UHGV virus genome: UHGV-0193058
Source of the DNA: a virus
Length of the DNA: 35,805 nucleotides
Strand: one strand, 5' to 3'
A program made the position numbers and the translations under genes. Each line of letters opens with the position of its first letter. The first letter of the stretch is position 1. This document shows positions 33,670-35,805 of this stretch, piece after piece. The notes under the pieces are model-generated. The model saw only the letters and a list, made by a program, of their open reading frames with translations, was not told the DNA's origin and made no database searches.

Positions 33670-33770
33670 TATCCCCCCTTTAAAAACGACCCTGGGGGCT
33701 GATTTCAAATACCGATGTCCCCACATCAATTTTCCTCCGCATGAAAAAATCAGAATGGGAGGGGGGTTAT
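33670..33770. other. GC-rich structured island, putative cos/packaging site
   Basis: CCCCCC (33673-78) ... GACCCTGGGGGCTG ... palindrome GATGTCCCCACATC (33714-27) ... CCTCCGC ... GGGAGGGGGG (33757-66). This is sharply different from the flanking AT-rich DNA and lies between HNH and terS. Confidence 0.45.
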
Positions 33771-34144
33771 TTAAAATAATTTACGAACAATTAGAGAAAG
33801 AAAAAAAGATAAAACAAGAGGTAAGCAGATTAAAGAAAAACTATAAAGATTTAGAAAAAGAAAAAGTTAAAATTTTGGATGGGTTAGTAAATGAAGCAGC
33901 TTTTTTAAAAATATCTTTAGAAGAAACTAGAGAAATTTTGACAAAAGAGGGTTTGACTGAAATTTTCAAGCAAGGCAAGCAGGAATTTGAAAGGGAAAGA
34001 CTTCAAGTTAAGATATATTTAAATTTTATGAAACTTTATTCTAATGTCATGAAGCAACTAATTGATATTATTCCAAGCGATATGAAACAGGAAGAAGAGG
34101 ACGAACTTATTAAGTTTATAAAAAAAGGTAGACTTAATAAATGA
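33755..34144 (+). CDS. terminase small subunit (P27-family-like)
   Basis: 129 aa, coiled-coil-rich, in the HNH-terS-terL arrangement. The start is ATG 33755, inside the GC island. Confidence 0.6.
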   Translation: MGGGLFKIIYEQLEKEKKIKQEVSRLKKNYKDLEKEKVKILDGLVNEAAFLKISLEETREILTKEGLTEIFKQGKQEFERERLQVKIYLNFMKLYSNVMKQLIDIIPSDMKQEEEDELIKFIKKGRLNK

Positions 34145-35790
34145 CCTACATTGAAGAGTATTATCAAAAAATATTAAATGGAGAAATAGTTGCTTGTAGC
34201 AGAATTAAGCAGGTGTACAAAAAGCTTGTCCAAGACCTATATAATCCAAAAGAAAATTGGGTTTTTGATGAAGAGCTTGCTAATAGACCTATCGAGTTTA
34301 TAGAGACTTTTTGTAAGCAAGCGCAAGGTAAGTTGGGCGAACCTTTGAAACTTGAATTATTTCAAAAGGCTAAACATCAAGCTGTGTTCGGTTTTGTTGA
34401 TAAAGAGACTGGGTTTAGAAAATATCAAGAAGTACTTGATATTCGAGGTCGTAAAAATGGTAAGACTACAGAATTGGCAGCAGATGAATTATTTATGTTA
34501 ATTGCAGACAATGAAGGGTCGCCAGAGGTTTATAATATTGCAACTAAATACGAACAGGCACAAAAAGGGTTTAAAGAGTGCTACAAAATGGTACAGCAAT
34601 CTAAAATTTTATCTAAGCATATTAAGAAAAGAAAATCAGACCTCTATTTTCACGCTAATTATGGTTTTTTACAGGCACTTGCTAGTAATAGTAATGGGCT
34701 CGATGGATTAAACTCGCATATGGTAACTATAGATGAATTGGCAGCTATAAAAAATAGAGATATTTACGACCTAATGAAGCAATCTATGAGTGCAAGAAAT
34801 CAACCCCTTTTAAATTGCATTACCACAAATGGTTTTGTGAGAGAGGGTATTTTTGATGCACAATATGAGTATGCTTGCAATGTTTTAGATGGAAAAATAA
34901 AAGATGATAGATTTATAGCTTTTATTTATGAGCTAGACGACAAGGATGAATGGGATAGAGAAGAATGCTGGATAAAAGCTAATCCAGGTTTAGGTACTAT
35001 AAAAAAACTTGATTTTTTAAGAGACTGTGTTAATAAAGCTAAGACAGACCCAAGTTTTAAGCCTACTGTCATGGTAAAAGATTTTAATATGAAAGAAAAC
35101 TCTGCGACTGCTTGGTTGAGGTGGGATGAGTTAAACAATGAAACTAAATTTAATGTAAATGAAATGGAATTTAGATATGGCATAGGTTGTTTTGACTTAG
35201 CTGAAACTACAGACCTAGCATCTGCTAAAGTTTTATTAAAGAAAAGATATGATGATAATATTTATACACTTTCTATGTATTGGGTTCCGTCTGAACGATT
35301 AAAGCAAAAAGTTGATGAAGATAAAATACCATACGATTTGTGGGAAAAACAGGGTTTATTAAGGGTATGCGAAGGAAATAAAATAAATCCATATGACCTT
35401 TTATTATGGTTTAGAGAAATTAAAGAAGAGCATGATATTTATATTCCCTGGATTGGATATGACCCCTGGCATGTAGATTCGAGTCTGCTTTTAGCTTATG
35501 AGAATGAATTTGGAAAAGATGCAATGATTAAAGTTAGGCAAGGAGTTTATACTTTATCAGCCCCCATGAAAGAGTTAAGAGCTGATTTAAAAGCTAATAA
35601 AGTTATTTATAATAATAACCCTATCGATAAATGGTGTCTTAGCAATATAGAAATAAAAACAGATATAAATGGAAATATACAGCCAATAAAAGGTATGGAC
35701 AGAAGACGACGCATTGATGGAGGTGTCACTTTAATTATAGGCTATGTTGTTCTAAAAGAAAAAATGTCAGAATATGAAAACATGATTTAA
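34141..35790 (+). CDS. terminase large subunit
   Basis: Walker A RGRKNGKTTELAA and Walker B-like VTIDELAAI, with a nuclease-domain region in the C-terminal half. It is followed by the portal gene across the window junction. Confidence 0.85.
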   Translation: MTYIEEYYQKILNGEIVACSRIKQVYKKLVQDLYNPKENWVFDEELANRPIEFIETFCKQAQGKLGEPLKLELFQKAKHQAVFGFVDKETGFRKYQEVLDIRGRKNGKTTELAADELFMLIADNEGSPEVYNIATKYEQAQKGFKECYKMVQQSKILSKHIKKRKSDLYFHANYGFLQALASNSNGLDGLNSHMVTIDELAAIKNRDIYDLMKQSMSARNQPLLNCITTNGFVREGIFDAQYEYACNVLDGKIKDDRFIAFIYELDDKDEWDREECWIKANPGLGTIKKLDFLRDCVNKAKTDPSFKPTVMVKDFNMKENSATAWLRWDELNNETKFNVNEMEFRYGIGCFDLAETTDLASAKVLLKKRYDDNIYTLSMYWVPSERLKQKVDEDKIPYDLWEKQGLLRVCEGNKINPYDLLLWFREIKEEHDIYIPWIGYDPWHVDSSLLLAYENEFGKDAMIKVRQGVYTLSAPMKELRADLKANKVIYNNNPIDKWCLSNIEIKTDINGNIQPIKGMDRRRRIDGGVTLIIGYVVLKEKMSEYENMI

Positions 35791-35805
35791 GTAAGGTGGT
35801 GAAAA

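Noticed and set aside
34502-35183. ORFs 34502-34711 (+) and 34926-35183 (-) within terL
   Set aside because: Alternate-frame or antisense to the terminase large subunit, which has clear Walker motifs. They have no independent support.
1-35805. Presence of a conventional integrase/attP-tRNA integration module
   Set aside because: No large tyrosine or serine integrase and no tRNA-like sequence were found. Only a short catalytic-domain recombinase is present, so chromosomal integration cannot be asserted from this window.

Overview
AT-rich, low-GC Firmicutes DNA organised like a Clostridioides difficile-type small myovirus genome; the lysin at 16175-16987 closely resembles the CD27L-type amidase. 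The window looks like one complete, circularly closed phage or prophage-plasmid genome: its last 15 nt (GTAAGGTGGTGAAAA) supply the Shine-Dalgarno for the portal gene that starts at nt 1. Order on the + strand: portal, ClpP-like prohead protease, HK97-type capsid, head-tail joining genes, sheath, tube, tail chaperone with a -1 frameshift site, tape measure, LysM protein, XkdQ-like hub fused to two peptidoglycan-hydrolase domains, baseplate genes (XkdR/S/T/U-like), two fibre genes, XhlA-like/holin/amidase lysis cassette (1-16987). After a strong terminator comes an accessory and maintenance region (17000-26000). It holds a divergent HTH gene, two moron operons driven by a duplicated promoter-operator cassette, a CRISPR-repeat-like 68-bp tandem array with no cas genes, a ParA plus ribbon-helix-helix partition operon flanked by AATATT/ACAATATT iterons and a 40-bp perfect palindrome, an AbrB-fold gene, a 42-aa toxin-like membrane ORF facing an antisense promoter, and a DEDDh exonuclease and a 717-aa SF2 helicase transcribed divergently across an intergenic region containing two tandem intrinsic terminators. 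The lysogeny switch (26044-28560) has an XRE repressor separated from divergent operator-promoters by an IS200/IS605 element (tnpA plus RNA-guided-nuclease-type tnpB, with a structured omega-RNA-like right end). Early genes follow (SSB, small Zn-ribbon proteins, MazG-like), then two tandem ArpU-family late regulators, a short catalytic-domain-only tyrosine recombinase preceded by a promoter-terminator mini-transcript, an HNH endonuclease, a GC-rich cos-like island, and terS/terL. No large integrase, tRNA or cas gene was seen.
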